Counted from the stretch's first letter, positions 49,116-58,323 are shown. The stretch is DNA of 60,495 nt from Candidatus Adlerbacteria bacterium RIFCSPHIGHO2_12_FULL_53_18 (GCA_001775475.1 MEWW01000016.1:1-60495), one strand, 5' to 3'. The notes: generated by a model not told the origin, from the letters alone. Program-made: numbers and translations.

Positions 49116-50375
49116 ATGAAAGAGCTGGTCAAAAAATTCATCCCGCAGAACATTCTCGACCTCTACCACCGCGCATGGGCGCAGATAGGCGCTCTTGTCT
49201 ACCTCTACCCTTCCCGTCAGCTCTTTGTTGTTGGCGTCACCGGCACCAAGGGCAAGTCAACTACCGTAGAGCTTATCCGCTCGATGTTTGAGGAGGCGGG
49301 GTTTAAAGTGGCGGCAGCAAGCACCATCCGCTTTACCATCGGCGGCGAGAGCGAGCGCAACCTCTTTAAGATGACTATGCCGGGGCGCTTCTACCTCCAG
49401 CAGTTTTTGCGTAAGGCGGTCAGGGCAGAGTGTACGCACGCAGTTGTGGAGATGACCTCGGAGGGCGCGCGGCAGTTCCGGCACCACGGGATTGAGCTTG
49501 ATGCTCTAGTATTTACCAACCTCCAGCCCGAGCACTTGGAGAGCCATGGCGGCATGGAGGCCTATGCCGCGGCCAAGTTCTCTCTTGCAAAACACTTGGA
49601 AGAGTCTGCGAAACGCCCGCGCTACATAGTTGCCAACACAGACGACCCGTACGGCAAAAAGTTTTTAGAGGTGGGCGTCGAGCACAAGGTGCCCTTCTCT
49701 CTTAAAGACGCGGAGCCCTACAACACCGACGACAAGAGCGTGCGGTTTGTATTTAAAGGGAATGAACTGTTTACCGTGCCCTTGCCGGGCGTCTTTAACA
49801 TCAAAAATATGCTAGCGGCACTTGCGCTCGGCGAGGCGGTCGGACTGAAGCTCGCCGTGATGAAGCGCGCGCTTGAGCACCACGGGCCCATTGAAGGCCG
49901 CGCCGAGCGCGTGGAGAAGGGTCAGCCGTTTACGGTCGTCGTCGACTACGCGCACACGCCGGACTCGCTTCAAAGCCTCTATCACGCATACCGCAGCAAG
50001 CGCATCATCGGAGTTTTGGGCTCAACCGGCGGCGGCCGCGACAAATGGAAGCGCCCGCTCATGGGAAAAATTGCCGACGAACACTGCGAGACGGCCTTTT
50101 TGACAAACGAAGACCCGTACGACGAAGACCCGCAGGCGATTATTGCCGACCTCTCGCGGGGCTTTATCAAGAAAAAACCGCACGTCATACTCGACCGCCG
50201 TGCAGCCATCCGCGAAGCCTTGCGCGAAGCAAAGCCGGGCGACGCAGTGTTGATAACCGGCAAGGGCACCGACCCCTACATCATGGGCCCGCAAGGGAGC
50301 AAGGAAGAGTGGAGCGATAAAAAGGTTGCTGAGGAAGAGCTGGCAAAGTTGGGCTACGAGCTTGCGAGTAAATGA
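49116..50375 (+). CDS. murE: Mur ligase, MurE-like
   Basis: VGVTGTKGKSTT, EHLESHG, VVDYAHTPDSL, TNEDPYDEDP. Confidence 0.88.
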   Translation: MKELVKKFIPQNILDLYHRAWAQIGALVYLYPSRQLFVVGVTGTKGKSTTVELIRSMFEEAGFKVAAASTIRFTIGGESERNLFKMTMPGRFYLQQFLRKAVRAECTHAVVEMTSEGARQFRHHGIELDALVFTNLQPEHLESHGGMEAYAAAKFSLAKHLEESAKRPRYIVANTDDPYGKKFLEVGVEHKVPFSLKDAEPYNTDDKSVRFVFKGNELFTVPLPGVFNIKNMLAALALGEAVGLKLAVMKRALEHHGPIEGRAERVEKGQPFTVVVDYAHTPDSLQSLYHAYRSKRIIGVLGSTGGGRDKWKRPLMGKIADEHCETAFLTNEDPYDEDPQAIIADLSRGFIKKKPHVILDRRAAIREALREAKPGDAVLITGKGTDPYIMGPQGSKEEWSDKKVAEEELAKLGYELASK

Positions 50376-50387
50376 TAGTATTAACAT

Positions 50388-50597
50388 ATGCCTCCTAAGA
50401 AAGAAGAAGGTAGTCCGTACGAGATACTGTGGTTTGTCCTCGGAGGGCTGGCTGTTTTGATAGCGCTTTGGTGGGTGCAGGGCGGGCCGGAAAAAGCAGA
50501 CCTGCGTGGCATATTCCTCGCCCCGCCGCCGCCCATAGGCTCCGGCGACGCATACGGCCCGCAGATAGGAACTACTACTAACGAATTTAACTACTAA
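50388..50597 (+). CDS. Small single-TM protein
   Basis: TM helix and PPPP tract; TAGTAT 6 nt before the ATG. Confidence 0.65.
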   Translation: MPPKKEEGSPYEILWFVLGGLAVLIALWWVQGGPEKADLRGIFLAPPPPIGSGDAYGPQIGTTTNEFNY

Positions 50598-50600
50598 CCT

Positions 50601-50999
50601 ATGCTTAATCCATTTCCAGATTTGCTCGTACTCGGCTTTTTTGCCCCCACTATCGTGCGGGTGACTGTTGGCACTCTTTTTATCTACGCCGGCTACATAC
50701 ACTGGCAAAAGCGTGAAAGTATTGGCAACATTATCTTCCCCATTATCGGCAAGGGCGATTGGATTGCGTGGGGCTCAATCCTCTTCCACACTGCAGTAGG
50801 TGTTATGCTTGTTTTCGGCTACTACACGCAGATTGCAGCGCTCTTGGGCGGCATCGGCGCGTTTAAAGGGCTCTGGTTTGCACACCGCTACCGCGAGGTC
50901 TTCGTGTATACGCGCTCAACGTACATTCTCCTTGCGGCAATCTGCGCATCACTTCTGCTCTCAGGCGCTGGTGCGTTTGCATTTGATTTACCTTTGTAG
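50601..50999 (+). CDS. DoxX-family membrane protein
   Basis: IVRVTVGTLFI, GYYTQIAAL, LLLSGAGAFAFD. Confidence 0.85.
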   Translation: MLNPFPDLLVLGFFAPTIVRVTVGTLFIYAGYIHWQKRESIGNIIFPIIGKGDWIAWGSILFHTAVGVMLVFGYYTQIAALLGGIGAFKGLWFAHRYREVFVYTRSTYILLAAICASLLLSGAGAFAFDLPL

Positions 51000-51470
51000 T
51001 TGAGTGAGCGAGTGATACTCGTTTTACACAACATACGGAGCGTGTATAACGTTGGTTCTATCTTTAGAACCGCGGATGCGGCTGGTGTAGAAAAGGTCTA
51101 TCTCTGCGGCTACACGCCTGCACCACTCGACCGCTTTGGTGCGCCGCGAAAAGATTTGGCCAAGGTTGCTTTGGGCGCAGAAAAAACGATTCCCTGGGTG
51201 CAGGTAAAAACGCTTGCATCTGCAATTAAGCAGCTTAAAAAAGAAAACTATTTAGTTGCAGCAGTGGAACAAGATAAAAACTCGACTCCCTTGTTTAGCT
51301 ATAAACCACCAAAGAAACTTGCACTTGTCTTAGGTAACGAAGTGCGTGGGCTCTCTAAAAGCTCCCTCAAACTCTGCGATGTAGTTTTAGAAATCCCCAT
51401 GCGAGGGCATAAAGAGTCGCTCAATGTATCGGTCGCCGCCGGGATTGCAATGTTTGCGTTGAACGCATAA
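51000..51470 (+). CDS. TrmH/SpoU-family RNA methyltransferase
   Basis: NVGSIFRTADAAG, LVLGNEVRG, IPMRGHKESLNVSVA. Confidence 0.95.
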   Translation: MSERVILVLHNIRSVYNVGSIFRTADAAGVEKVYLCGYTPAPLDRFGAPRKDLAKVALGAEKTIPWVQVKTLASAIKQLKKENYLVAAVEQDKNSTPLFSYKPPKKLALVLGNEVRGLSKSSLKLCDVVLEIPMRGHKESLNVSVAAGIAMFALNA

Positions 51471-51501
51471 GAAAAAACCGCCCTTGCGAGCGGTTTTTTC
51501 T
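51470..51501. terminator. Bidirectional terminator between convergent genes
   Basis: AGAAAAAACCGC-CCTTGCGA-GCGGTTTTTTCT. Confidence 0.85.
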
Positions 51502-51519
51502 TAACGTAACCGGCGTGTA

Positions 51520-51717
51520 TTACGCGCGGGTTACATTGACTGCACTCAACCCCTTTTCGCCCTCCTGAACCTCGAAGGAGACTGCGTCACCTTGCTTAAG
51601 TTCGTCGAAGGTAACGCCATTGAGGTCTTTGGAGTGGAAGAAGAGATCCTTCGCCTCGCCTTCGCGAGAGATGAATCCGAATCCCCTATCCGTAAGAGTC
51701 TTTATTGTTCCTGTCAT
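51520..51717 (-). CDS. Cold-shock protein
   Basis: RGFGFI (RNP1), DLFFHS (RNP2). Confidence 0.95.
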   Translation of the reverse strand: MTGTIKTLTDRGFGFISREGEAKDLFFHSKDLNGVTFDELKQGDAVSFEVQEGEKGLSAVNVTRA

Positions 51718-51908
51718 ACTTCTTTTAGTTGTGTCTTTGTTGAGAAACCGACCCCCTTGCTTTATCTCTATAGACCCTCCTAGCATAACACACAATACCC
51801 TGGTTGGATACGGGCTTAGTTATCCTTAGTGGAGTGCCTGTTTGGTTGACACACCGTAAATAAAATTACAGAATCCCCCTGTTCCTCAAGATCGAAAGGG
51901 TTCCTAGG

Positions 51909-52139
51909 ATGCAGAGAGCGGTCAGAGACTTGGGTGTGGTTGTTTTTCCACTCCTCGGTATCATAGCGGCCTGCCCGCTCATGATCAGCGCGGGGGTCCA
52001 ACTGAAGGTTGTGGACGCATTCTCGACCATCGGCACGGCAACGGTTCTCGGCGTCGGCTTCGCTGTCGCCCTGGGGCGACTCCGCCGCCTATGGCCCGAC
52101 CAGACGTGGAATGAGCGCTTCAAGAACATCTTCAGCTGA
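51909..52139 (+). CDS. Small two-TM hypothetical protein (orphan)
   Basis: Hydrophobic ORF followed by the terminator GGCCGTCC-GAAA-GGGCGGCC-TCTTTT. Confidence 0.55.
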   Translation: MQRAVRDLGVVVFPLLGIIAACPLMISAGVQLKVVDAFSTIGTATVLGVGFAVALGRLRRLWPDQTWNERFKNIFS

Positions 52140-52243
52140 CCGCATTGCGGTGGCACGATCCCGGGGCCGTCCGAAAGGGCGGCCTCTTTTCTTGCGCAGA
52201 AAACGCTTTAAGAATTAGGCATATTTTGTTATAGTGCTGTCAA

Positions 52244-52316
52244 CCGCCCATAGCTCAGTCGGTAGAGCGGCTCCCTTTTAAGGAGAAGGTCCCAGGTTCG
52301 AATCCTGGTGGGCGGA
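52244..52316 (+). tRNA. tRNA-Lys(TTT)
   Basis: CCGCCCATAGCTCAGTCGGTAGAGC...CT-TTT-AA...GGTTCGAATCC. Confidence 0.95.
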
Positions 52317-52430
52317 CAAGTACAAAAGAACTTTGTGGGACAAAGTTTTTTGACTTGTCCGAGCCGCAGGCGCGACGGCGCCGAGGCGGGCTCGCGCAAA
52401 AACTCAGCAGAGTTTTATGCGTGAGGACAA
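52317..52430 (+). ncRNA. Structured tRNA-trailer motif, copy 2
   Basis: Hairpins with CAGGCGC, GAGGCGG and CTCGCGCA/TGCGTGAG blocks. Confidence 0.6.
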
Positions 52431-52501
52431 ATTTTACTTATTCCGCTAGAGTTTTATAAAGAAAATCCGCCCGGCACAGGTCGTGTCGAGCGGATAGCGG
52501 T

Positions 52502-53074
52502 TCAGGAAATTGCTGAGCTTGGTTCTTCTGGAGGGTCCTCGAACTCGATGTATTCGCATTGGTTGTCCCACCACTCCTCCAACAGCTCCTTCAGGAATCC
52601 TGCAAGCTGGTAGAAGAAATAGCAGACGACAATAGCCGCAATCGCTGCTACTGGATACATTCCATAGGTCAGTGCGTACGAAGTTGCCGTCCGCAGCGGA
52701 CCAATGTACCAACTCCACCCGCCCCACAGAACAGCTACCGCCCAAAACGGAACTAGAAAAATGGGGGGCCAAATTCTTTTCTTGCCGAGACGCAAGTCCG
52801 GAAAGTAGCCGAACTTATCGGGCCAGTTGTTCCACGGCATCCAGATACCGAATCCGCAGAGAATTGTCACCGCGTTACCGAACATGGCGCCGATACCAAC
52901 GAACACAACAAGAAGTAGCGCCCCGAGAATCGTTGGAGCGGTCATGAAGATGATTCTTGGCCAGTAATGACAGGTGTAGGTATTTCGAGGCTTCGGAATC
53001 TGAGAGAAAATATAGGTCAGATTCCACAGCCAATAATGCCATGTGTCTGTGCGAATGCGCTTGGTCATTGCCAT
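52502..53074 (-). CDS. Trp-rich multi-TM hypothetical protein (orphan)
   Basis: 190-aa ORF, SD-like GGGAG upstream, TM helices. Confidence 0.65.
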   Translation of the reverse strand: MAMTKRIRTDTWHYWLWNLTYIFSQIPKPRNTYTCHYWPRIIFMTAPTILGALLLVVFVGIGAMFGNAVTILCGFGIWMPWNNWPDKFGYFPDLRLGKKRIWPPIFLVPFWAVAVLWGGWSWYIGPLRTATSYALTYGMYPVAAIAAIVVCYFFYQLAGFLKELLEEWWDNQCEYIEFEDPPEEPSSAIS

Positions 53075-53142
53075 CTCCCTGCGCAGGTTAAAAAGAGCGA
53101 TTACTCCTCCGCCAGTAAATACAGAAAGCTTTGTTGTGTCAA

Positions 53143-53676
53143 TTAGAGCTTCAAAGCAAACCGCTCAAGTAACAATTCCAAATCTCCGGCGCCGCGGTGG
53201 GAGTCGTGGTACATAAAGGTGAGTTCGCGGCTAAGCGCTAGGTCTTTCATAGCCCTCGCCTTCCAGGCCATGAGGCCTGCAACCGCCTCGGCCTTTTCCC
53301 CCGCCCTAAACGCCTGCATGAGGCCGAGCCAAAGCCGCTTTTTGTCGTGCGCGCCAAGTGCTGAGGCAACGCCATACTGGTCAAACTTCCACTCTTTCTT
53401 CTCTACCTTTACTGTTTCTATCTTTGCGCCCGCTTTAGTTAAGGCGTCGGTCTCTTTTTTTAAGAGCTTCTCTTCTTCAAAGATAAACGTGTGGGGAGAT
53501 TCTTTTAACTCCGGCACAAGCTCTATAAACTCTGCCGACTGGTCGCCCGTAAACACGCCAGCAAAGGTGTAGGTCTCTGCGCCAAAGAGTGCCTGCGTGG
53601 TCGCCAGGCTAAGGAGCTCCATCGGCGAGATGGTTATCGGCGGCACACTAACCCTTCCTACGATTACGCGGATCAT
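53143..53676 (-). CDS. Divergent DNA polymerase III delta (HolA)-like protein
   Basis: ALFG motif, LELLLERFAL C-terminus, translationally coupled to polA. Confidence 0.55.
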   Translation of the reverse strand: MIRVIVGRVSVPPITISPMELLSLATTQALFGAETYTFAGVFTGDQSAEFIELVPELKESPHTFIFEEEKLLKKETDALTKAGAKIETVKVEKKEWKFDQYGVASALGAHDKKRLWLGLMQAFRAGEKAEAVAGLMAWKARAMKDLALSRELTFMYHDSHRGAGDLELLLERFALKL

Positions 53677-56114
53677 ATTTTTATTCTTTCCATCTCGCCC
53701 CAGTTCTTCCCTGCCTTGCCTTCAGCAATAATCGGGATGTTGTTGCGGTCTTTTGCAGGCACAATGTGTTCCATAATGTCTTTAATCTTCGGGGCAAGCA
53801 CACCCACTTTCTTGTCCTCGATCTCAAACACCAACTCGTCGTGTACTTGCAGAAGCAGGTGTGCGCCGTTTTCATGGCCTTCTTTCTTTAAGAGCTCGTC
53901 GATTTTAACCATCGCAAGCTTGATGATGTCGGCCTGGGTGCCCTGCATGGGCGCGTTTATAGCCATGCGCTCCGCGGCCGCGCGCACATAGGGTATCGGT
54001 GATTTAATGCCATCGAAGTACCTGCGGCGCCCGAAGTAGGTCTCCGTATACCCCTGCCGCGCAGCCTCTGCCTTTACCTCGTCTATGTAAGCGGCGAGGC
54101 GCGGAAAGGCTTCGAAGTATTGATTGTAAAACTCCTGCGCCTCGGCTCGGCCCGTGCTCAAGGACTGCTGGAGCGCCGTCACCCCCATGCCGTAGAGGAT
54201 GCCGAAGTTGATGACCTTGGCGACCCGGCGCTGGTCATACGTAACTTCGTTCGCTTTTACATGGAACACTCTCGAGGCAACTTCTGTGTGCACGTCGCGG
54301 CCGTCTTTAAATATCTGGGTGAGGCCCGGGTCACCAGAGAGCCACGCCGCAATGCGCAATTCAATCTGGCTGTAGTCGAAGGCCACCATCGTGGTGCCTT
54401 TGTCCGCCACAAATGCGTTGCGGATGGCGCGCCCTAGGTCGGTTTTAATCGGGATGTTCTGCAACCCCGGGTTTTGGGTCGCCAGCCTGCCTGTTGCAGC
54501 GCCGATTTGTATAAAGGTCGTATGCACGCGGCTTTGGTTGTCAACCAAGGTCGGCAGGTTGTCGATGTAGGTGCCGAGCAGCTTGGAGAGTTCGCGGTAC
54601 GCAAGAATATCTTCGACGATCGGGTGGAGGTCTTTCATCTTCTCGAGCTCGCTCTCGCGGGTTGAGCGCGCGCCGGTCGGCGTCTTTTTTTGCCTTGCAG
54701 GCTTCAATCCCAGCTTGTCGTAGAGCACATCGCCCAGCTGCTTTGGTGAGCTGATGTTAAAGGGCCCGCCCGCATGCTTATAAATACGCGCGGCAATTTT
54801 CTCCAGCTCTTTGGTGTACTCTTTAGAAAGTTTTTTAAGAAAGTCAGTGTCGATTTTCACCCCCCGCTTCTCCATCGCACGCAAGACAGGACTTAGCGGC
54901 AGCTCAATCTGCTCGTAGACAAACGTGAGCTCTTTTTCTTTTATTTCTGCAAGAATATTCTTTTTTGCCTCTTCAAAATTGCGACTATTACCCATGCGAT
55001 AAATGTCTTCGAGCTCGGGCTTTGCAATGTTGGAGTCTAAGACCGAGACGGCGAGCAGTATCTTTTGAAGTTCGTCTTCAGGAATATTTTCTGCAGGCTC
55101 ACCAAGCGAAGCAAATAGTTCTCCTGCAGGAGTGCCGTTTATCCCTGCCTTGCCGGCAGGCAGGTCTCCGGAGCGTGCGTCTTTTGCGAAGCCACTAACC
55201 CCAAACACCTGCCGCACGCGTGGTGCCAGTGAGCGAAACTCGAAGTTTGCAAGCATGTCGAGCGCGCGCTGCGGGTCAGACCCCTCCTTCCACGTGTGCT
55301 CCGGCATTTTAAAATCTATTGGTGCATTACGATGGATGGTGCCCAAGACTTTGCTGAATTCCGCCGCCTCCTTCCCCGCCTGGATTTTCTCCAGCGTTTT
55401 GCCCTTAACGCCCGCTTTCTCAAACCACTCCGGGTGCTTTTTGAGAGTTTTATAAATTTCTTCGACAGAGCCGAACTCTTTTATGAGTGTCGTCGCGGTT
55501 TTGTCGCCAATCCCCACGATGCCGGGGATATTGTCCGACGGGTCGCCGCGCAAACCTTTGTAGTCCGGCAGGAGCTCCGGCCCAAATCCGTAGCGCTCTT
55601 TAACTAGTGTCTCGTCGTAGATCACGGTGTCGGTGAGTCCTTTGCGCAAGGTGTAGACACGCACCTTGTCGCCATCCACCAGCTGGAGCGTGTCCATGTC
55701 GCCGGAGGCAATCACAACTTCAAGGTCGCGCTTGTGTTTTACCTTCTCGACAATCGTGCCGATAACATCGTCGGCCTCAAATCCTGCCTTTTCATACAGC
55801 GGTATGCCGAAGGCCGCAAGCACATCGCGCGCGCGGTCTATCTGCATCGCGAGTGCGTCTTCGGTCTTAGCGCGTTTGGCTTTGTAGCCATCAAATGCCG
55901 CATGGCGGTGCGTGCCGCCGGGGAGGTCGTACGCCGCCACGATGTAGTCGGGCCCAAGCTCGACGATGAGTTTGACCAACATGGAGATGAGCCCGTAGAG
56001 CGCACCGGTAGGCTCGCCCTTGCTCGAGGAGAGTTCCGGCAGCGCGTGGTAGGCGCGGTGCAGTATTGCGTGCGTGTCGAGCAAGACTAGTCGTTTTTTA
56101 TCCTGTTTTTTCAT
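53673..56114 (-). CDS. polA: DNA polymerase I (3'-5' exonuclease region reduced)
   Basis: HRAYHALP, EADDVIGT, GDPSDNIPG, DYSQIELR, AKVINFGILYG, QVHDEL. Confidence 0.98.
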   Translation of the reverse strand: MKKQDKKRLVLLDTHAILHRAYHALPELSSSKGEPTGALYGLISMLVKLIVELGPDYIVAAYDLPGGTHRHAAFDGYKAKRAKTEDALAMQIDRARDVLAAFGIPLYEKAGFEADDVIGTIVEKVKHKRDLEVVIASGDMDTLQLVDGDKVRVYTLRKGLTDTVIYDETLVKERYGFGPELLPDYKGLRGDPSDNIPGIVGIGDKTATTLIKEFGSVEEIYKTLKKHPEWFEKAGVKGKTLEKIQAGKEAAEFSKVLGTIHRNAPIDFKMPEHTWKEGSDPQRALDMLANFEFRSLAPRVRQVFGVSGFAKDARSGDLPAGKAGINGTPAGELFASLGEPAENIPEDELQKILLAVSVLDSNIAKPELEDIYRMGNSRNFEEAKKNILAEIKEKELTFVYEQIELPLSPVLRAMEKRGVKIDTDFLKKLSKEYTKELEKIAARIYKHAGGPFNISSPKQLGDVLYDKLGLKPARQKKTPTGARSTRESELEKMKDLHPIVEDILAYRELSKLLGTYIDNLPTLVDNQSRVHTTFIQIGAATGRLATQNPGLQNIPIKTDLGRAIRNAFVADKGTTMVAFDYSQIELRIAAWLSGDPGLTQIFKDGRDVHTEVASRVFHVKANEVTYDQRRVAKVINFGILYGMGVTALQQSLSTGRAEAQEFYNQYFEAFPRLAAYIDEVKAEAARQGYTETYFGRRRYFDGIKSPIPYVRAAAERMAINAPMQGTQADIIKLAMVKIDELLKKEGHENGAHLLLQVHDELVFEIEDKKVGVLAPKIKDIMEHIVPAKDRNNIPIIAEGKAGKNWGEMERIKI

Positions 56115-56578
56115 GTCACCTCAATATACCTTTCTGCTTCACCCGCGTCTTTAGATGAAAAATTAAGTACCAGGTCGGGCGTGGGGAGCGCCCCTTCTAC
56201 GCGTTCCGGCCACTCAATGCACACAAGATTATGTGGATCGTTTAGAAACGTCTCCGGCTTTAGTGCCTCAAACTCTTCAGCTTTCTCTAGCCGGTACGCA
56301 TCAATGTGCACGAGCTTTTTGTAAGGCGACACCTTGGAGAGCCCCGGTTTTAAGGTGTCGCCTTGAGAAATCAGGTACGATTTCATCAAAACATACGTTG
56401 GGCTTTGCACTGTGTCTTCCACCCCAAGTTCCTTTGCCAGCGCCTGCACAAAGGTCGTTTTCCCCGCCCCAAGCTCGCCGATGAGCGCGAGTATAATTGC
56501 ACGCTCATTTCCCTCCGGAAGTTGGGCTAACACTTCCTTCGCCAAGCTCTGAAGTTCGCCGAGGGCCACCTTCACCAT
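56111..56578 (-). CDS. tsaE: tRNA t6A biosynthesis ATPase TsaE
   Basis: GELGAGKTTF, VQSPTY, LVHIDAYRL, IEWPE. Confidence 0.96.
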   Translation of the reverse strand: MVKVALGELQSLAKEVLAQLPEGNERAIILALIGELGAGKTTFVQALAKELGVEDTVQSPTYVLMKSYLISQGDTLKPGLSKVSPYKKLVHIDAYRLEKAEEFEALKPETFLNDPHNLVCIEWPERVEGALPTPDLVLNFSSKDAGEAERYIEVT

Positions 56579-56595
56579 GCCTGTATAATACACGT
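56579..56595. promoter_or_regulatory. Overlapping bidirectional -10 boxes between tsaE and the pilB-like gene
   Basis: Plus strand TATAAT-6 nt-ATG; minus strand TATTAT-6 nt-ATG; the two start codons are 18 bp apart. Confidence 0.7.
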
Positions 56596-58281
56596 ATGGT
56601 GGTCTTTAACGACACGGAGGAGCAGAAGCGTATCGAGTTCCTGCGTAAGCGTGAGGCGGAGGAGCTTGCGCAGATACTTTCGCAGAAATACGGCGTTGAG
56701 TATGTGGATCTTTCGCTGGTTGCCGTTAATACCGACGCCCTGCGACTCCTTACCGAAAAAGAGGCCAAAGACGCCGAGGTGGCGGTGTTTGGCCGCGTCG
56801 GCAAGCGCGTCTCGGTTGCCGCCCGCTCGCCGGAGAACCCCAAGGTCAAAGGCCTCGTGGCAAAACTTCAGGAGCTCGGCTACCAGGTAACGATGTTTAT
56901 TACCTCGCAGGAGAGCTTGAAGCGCGCATTTACCCGCTACGCCGATCTTTCCTACGCAACCGAAACTAAAGCCGGTGTATTCGAACTTTCGAACGAAGAG
57001 TTGGAACAGCTTTTAACCAAAGTTACTTCGCTGCAGGATATTTCGAAATTGATCGACGAGGCCATAACGCTCAAACACACCTACCGTGTCACCCGCATAC
57101 TCGAAGTAATTCTCGCGGGCGGGCTCTCAACCGGAGCCTCTGACATCCACTTCGAGCCTGAGGAAGCTGCGGTGCGCCTGCGCTACCGGCTCGACGGAGT
57201 GCTCTTAGACGTCCTTACCTTCGATCACGAGACGTACCGCCTCGCGCTCTCGCGCCTCAAACTCCTCTCAGGGCTCAAACTCAACATCACCGACGAGGCG
57301 CAGGACGGCCGCTTTTCTATAAAAATCAAAGGGAGCGAGATTGAGCTGCGCACAAGTATACTCCCCGGCAATTACGCAGAGACCTTGGTACTTCGTATTT
57401 TGAACCCTGCTTCAATCGGCGTGCAGCTCGAGGAGCTGGGACTCGAAGAAGATTTAAGACTGCGGATTGAAAAAGAGATTTTGAAGCCAAACGGCATGAT
57501 TTTAACCACCGGTCCCACCGGGAGTGGCAAAACAACGACGCTCTACGCTTTTTTGCGCAAGGTAAACAGCCCGCAGACCAAAATTATTACTATTGAAGAC
57601 CCTATTGAGTACCACCTTAAGGGCCTCGTACAAACCCAGGTAGACAAAAAGACCTACACCTTTGCCGCGGGGCTGCGTTCGGCGCTGCGCCAAGACCCAG
57701 ACATCATCATGATCGGCGAGATTCGCGACGGCGAGGTTGCCACAACCGCGGTTAATGCCGCACTTACCGGCCACCTGGTGTTCTCCACGCTCCACACCAA
57801 CAACGCCGCAGGCTCCTTCCCGCGTTTGATCGACCTCGGCGTCGACGAAAAAGTGTTGTCTTCGTCAGTCAACGTGGCGATGGCACAACGCTTGGTGCGC
57901 AAGCTTTGCAACGCGTGCAAAAAGCAGCGCGCTGCAAGCACTGAAGAAAAAACATTGATCGATAAAATACTTGCGGGGGTCGTCAACCGCGCGCTTATCC
58001 CACAAGACACAAGCATGGTCTACGGGGCTACAGAAGGCGGTACCTGCCCGGAGTGCCACGGCCGCGGCTACAAGGGCAGAATCGGTATATTTGAAGCCAT
58101 ATTTATGGACGGCGCTATAGAAACAATACTCCGAGAGAAGCCCTCGGAGCGCGAAATTGCCGAAGCCGCAAAGCCTCAAGGAATCCCCACCATGCCGCAA
58201 GACGGAATACTAAAAGTGTTGCGCGGCGTAACTTCGCTCGAGGAACTTAAGCGCGTGGTCGACCTTGATACCGGACGTTAG
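56596..58281 (+). CDS. Type IV pilus/T2SS assembly ATPase (PilB/GspE family)
   Basis: ASDIHFEP, QDGRF, TGPTGSGKTTTLY, TIEDPIEY, LRQDPDIIMIGEIRD, two CxxC motifs. Confidence 0.96.
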   Translation: MVVFNDTEEQKRIEFLRKREAEELAQILSQKYGVEYVDLSLVAVNTDALRLLTEKEAKDAEVAVFGRVGKRVSVAARSPENPKVKGLVAKLQELGYQVTMFITSQESLKRAFTRYADLSYATETKAGVFELSNEELEQLLTKVTSLQDISKLIDEAITLKHTYRVTRILEVILAGGLSTGASDIHFEPEEAAVRLRYRLDGVLLDVLTFDHETYRLALSRLKLLSGLKLNITDEAQDGRFSIKIKGSEIELRTSILPGNYAETLVLRILNPASIGVQLEELGLEEDLRLRIEKEILKPNGMILTTGPTGSGKTTTLYAFLRKVNSPQTKIITIEDPIEYHLKGLVQTQVDKKTYTFAAGLRSALRQDPDIIMIGEIRDGEVATTAVNAALTGHLVFSTLHTNNAAGSFPRLIDLGVDEKVLSSSVNVAMAQRLVRKLCNACKKQRAASTEEKTLIDKILAGVVNRALIPQDTSMVYGATEGGTCPECHGRGYKGRIGIFEAIFMDGAIETILREKPSEREIAEAAKPQGIPTMPQDGILKVLRGVTSLEELKRVVDLDTGR

Positions 58282-58323
58282 TCAATCTTGGCAGTAAAAA
58301 AATAGAGAGTAGAGTGGAGAGAG

